From the NCBI GenBank assembly GCA_950097015.1, contig CATNEN010000039.1, positions 19,902,001-19,966,000 of the forward strand: a stretch of DNA of 64,000 nucleotides, written 5' to 3'. The notes beneath the pieces are model-generated. The model saw only the letters and a list, made by a program, of their open reading frames with translations. It did no database searches and was not told the origin of the DNA. Numbering within the stretch: the stretch's first letter is position 1; each line of letters opens with the position of its first letter. Below are positions 61,601 through 64,000 of the stretch, piece by piece. The position numbers and the translations under genes are program-made. Source of the DNA: Macrostomum hystrix (taxonomy: Eukaryota > Animalia > Platyhelminthes).

Positions 61601-63352
61601 CCCTAGCTGTCTTATCAGTGTGTGTGTAAGTCCCTATAGCTATCTTATCAGTGTGTGTGTAAGTCCCGAACTGTCTTATCAGTGTGTGTGTAAGTCCCAA
61701 ACTGTCTTATCAGTGTGTGTGTGAGTCCCTAGCTGTCTTATCAGTGTGTGTGTAAGTCCCTAGCTGTCTTATCAGTGTGTGTGTGAGTCCCTAGCTGTCT
61801 TATCAGTGTGTGTGTACGTCCCGAGCTGTCTTATCAGTGTGTGTGTAAGTCCCGAGCTGTATTATCAGTGTGCGTGTAAGTCCCTAGCTGTCTTATCAGT
61901 GTGTGTGTAAGTCCCGAGCTGTCTTATCAGTGTGTATGTGTGTAAGTCCCGAGCTGTCTTAGGTATCAGTGTGTGTATGTGTGTGTAAGTCTTATCAGTA
62001 TGTGTGTGTGTAAGTCCCGAGCTATCACATGCTCGTATATTCTAATAGATTGAGCATTATTATCTAGCTATCTAGCCACTATCAATCTCCATCGGACACT
62101 CAAACATTTTTGTTTGAATTTTCTTTAATCCATTTTGATCGGGGATTTACCCGACGTCAATCGTTCAGATCGGCACGAAATCTCGTATTTAATATCGAGA
62201 TTCTGCAATATGTCCTATTCAAATCAGAGAGTATAATGATTAACCAACTCAAAATTAACTTGACAGTGGCTCCGAGGCACTGGCAAAAACATCAATGTAC
62301 TTTTGCAATCTGCTTTGCGACCTATCCGAGAAGCTTTTCAACGTTTCTTGGAATATACAGTCGAGAGAAGATTTAGCAGTTATTAAGACTGTTATCGAAT
62401 GAAGAGTCAACAAAAACATCATTTAATCCATCTAAATCCTTCAGATCCTTCGCGGACACTGATTGATTGACAGTGTTGTCGATTTTTTATGATTCCAATG
62501 CAGTGTTTTTCAGTGGGATTTGAGTCTGACTTGAGCTGTGAGAATACAAATAAGGACAAGCTCTGTGGATAAGATGGTTTTTTCCATCAGTGGCGCAGCC
62601 AGGATTTTTTCTAGGGCGGGGGGCCGCCACTTTATGCAGGGGGCGCCAATTTATGCAGGGGGCGCCACTACATTCAGGGGGCGCCACTTTATGCAGGGGG
62701 CGCCACTACATGCAGGGGGGCGCCACTTTATGCAGGGGGCGCCACTACATGCAGGGGGGCGCCACTTCATACAGGGGGCGCGCCACTACAAGTAGGGGGG
62801 GCGCCAATACGTGCAGGGGTGCCACATAGTTCGTCAGTCGATTGGCGGGACCGCGGCACCCCTTGCCCTCTCCCCTAGCTACGCCCCAGGTTTCCATCCC
62901 CATTTACCAGTAGTGCCGCTAGTGTAGCAGAGGAGAGCCAAGCTGTCCCTACCAGGCGCTTGACTTGGCTCAGCGGGATTTTCCCGACCTGCCTTGAGCA
63001 ACTCCTGCCAGCTCCAGATCTGCTGCTCGGTCTCGCCAATTTTCGGCAGCCGGCCAGTCAGCTGAATAATGTAGCGCAGCTGGTTGGCACATTTCAGGCG
63101 TTGTAAATTGGCCACATGCTGCGGAGTTTCGCACAAAATGGTGGTGATGTTTGTCTGCTGCAAAATGAAGTCAATGGACTCGGAATTCAGAGTGTCGTAC
63201 AGCGGAACGGGCACGAAGCCGAATAGGAAGCAGCCAAGCTCCAGGATGATCCATTCGGCTCGATTCTTTGAGTAGATGCCGACAAATGTGTTTGGCTTTA
63301 GCTTCAGTACAATAGACAGGTAAGAGCCAGCGTTGATGGCCTGCGTATATAC
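55682..63352 (-). CDS. ACSL: Long-chain fatty acyl-CoA synthetase (ACSL1/5/6-like), 5'-incomplete
   Basis: Exons 63352-62908, 59225-59137, 58977-58627, 56626-55934, 55834-55682 (TGA). AMP-binding motifs YTSGTTG|LPKGA, YLSYLPLAHIFER, EGYGQTEC, DGWLHTGDIG, IIDRKKHIFKLSQGLYVAPEKIE, ENGLLTPTFK. Upstream exons lie beyond the window. Confidence 0.95.
56900..57185. mobile_element. Degenerate relative of the hAT MITE at 62588-62889 (GGGGCGCCACTAC tandem core)
   Basis: Shares the GGGGCGCCACTAC repeats and the downstream TTCGTCAG motif; TIRs not intact. Confidence 0.6.
57327..58517. repeat. Compound minisatellite: 69-bp unit with nested 27-bp sub-unit CTGCAGTCGACGCGTCAGATTTGGGAC
   Basis: Alternating runs of 69-bp and 27-bp units in an ACSL intron. 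Confidence 0.96.
59254..62025. repeat. Minisatellite, 31-bp unit AGCTGTCTTATCAGTGTGTGTGTAAGTCCCG, with higher-order duplication
   Basis: ~2.8-kb array in the intron that splits the ACSL AMP-binding loop. Confidence 0.97.
62588..62889. mobile_element. hAT-type MITE with internal GGGGCGCCACT tandem repeats
   Basis: Imperfect TIRs CAGTGGCGCAGCCAGG / CCTAGCTACGCCCCAG; 8-bp TSD TTTTCCAT / GTTTCCAT (7 of 8); ends 18 bp from the exon boundary at 62908. Confidence 0.85.
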
Positions 63353-63467
63353 CTGCGGGAGAATTTTTCCGCGTTGAAATTCTCTTCAAATTTCGTCAAT
63401 TTAGACTGATCTTATGAAAAAAAAATTATGTGGTGTGGTTGTACAAGGGTTTGTAGCCTAGTGTTTG

Positions 63468-63762
63468 GTTCACTCAACTGTTAAATGGGTATCAGCATCA
63501 GCAGCAGAGCGGTTAACGCGTTTGCCTCTCGCACCAAGGTCCCTGAGCTCTATTCCGCGGCGAGGCCGCATTCATTTGGGGCGCAGCCGCGGAGAGAAGG
63601 CTTGGGGTCTTGTGTATACTGTCTGACGATGAGAAAGCCAGGGCAGATGTACACGCCTGTGTGAGCGTATGCCTGCGCACGGTATCTGTATACGCAGCCT
63701 TCCGATGCGCCGCGTATAAATAGCTGCGGCTGTGCTGTCGGCTGCACGTCTGCCCATTTAGG
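63468..63762 (+). mobile_element. Chimeric SINE: family B core remnant + family A head and hairpin + family B 3' tail
   Basis: TTCACTCAACTGTTAAATGGG (cf. 30303-30323), then GCAGAGCGGTTAACGCGTTTGCC...CTGACGATGAGAAAGCCAGGGCAGATGTACAC (family A), then TAGCTGCGGCTGTGCTGTCGGCTGCAC (cf. 30400-30430). Confidence 0.75.
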
Positions 63763-64000
63763 CAAAATAAACCAAAAGTTATTTTCAAAATGAAAGATTA
63801 CTTTGTCGAGAAATGTTTAGTAAAAAATCTGGCATCTTGAAGAAATATAATTAGCAGTCTCGCAAATGCTAATAGTACAAGTCGGATGAAGATTTTTACG
63901 AAATGATATTGCTGCGTGCCGTGTCACTGGGTGCTTTTTATAGTTAATAGGCTGTACTAAAAAGATTCAGATATTTCAATACAATTTCTTTGCAATTGAT

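Noticed and set aside
1115-62025. Palindromic 4-6-mers (GATC, CTAG, TCGA, AGCT) in many satellite units
   Set aside because: A 4-bp palindrome is expected by chance in most 20-30-bp units; no enrichment can be claimed without a computed null.

Overview
Eukaryotic (metazoan) genomic DNA with GT-AG spliced genes whose introns are packed with unrelated minisatellites. The style suggests a flatworm such as Macrostomum, which is inference only. I rebuilt five host genes by hand using splice phase: (1) a 5'-incomplete Mab-21/cGAS-like (cGLR-type) gene (+, 2164-7166) whose nucleotidyltransferase motif looks degenerate; (2) a long multi-exon coiled-coil gene of unknown family (+, ~12469-24648); (3) striatin (+, 26519-38730); (4) an MFSD2-like MFS lipid transporter (-, 46053-54186); (5) a 5'-incomplete long-chain acyl-CoA synthetase (-, 55682-63352). 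Mobile DNA includes two tRNA-derived SINE families, several hAT-type MITEs with 8-bp target duplications, a spliced THAP-domain transposase fragment and an inverted-repeat element with a transposase-like HTH. Nearly all long ORFs in the supplied track are translations of tandem repeats, not genes. Best leads: a ~2.9-kb array of ~87 perfect CNC-sMaf/Nrf2 (ARE) sites and other arrays built from transcription-factor motifs; the putative pseudo-enzyme cGLR; satellites that start at splice sites and recur between introns and MITEs; a structured SINE whose five intronic copies are all antisense to the host; a candidate 3'-UTR intron in striatin; and a possible ACSL-MFSD2 lipid-uptake operon.
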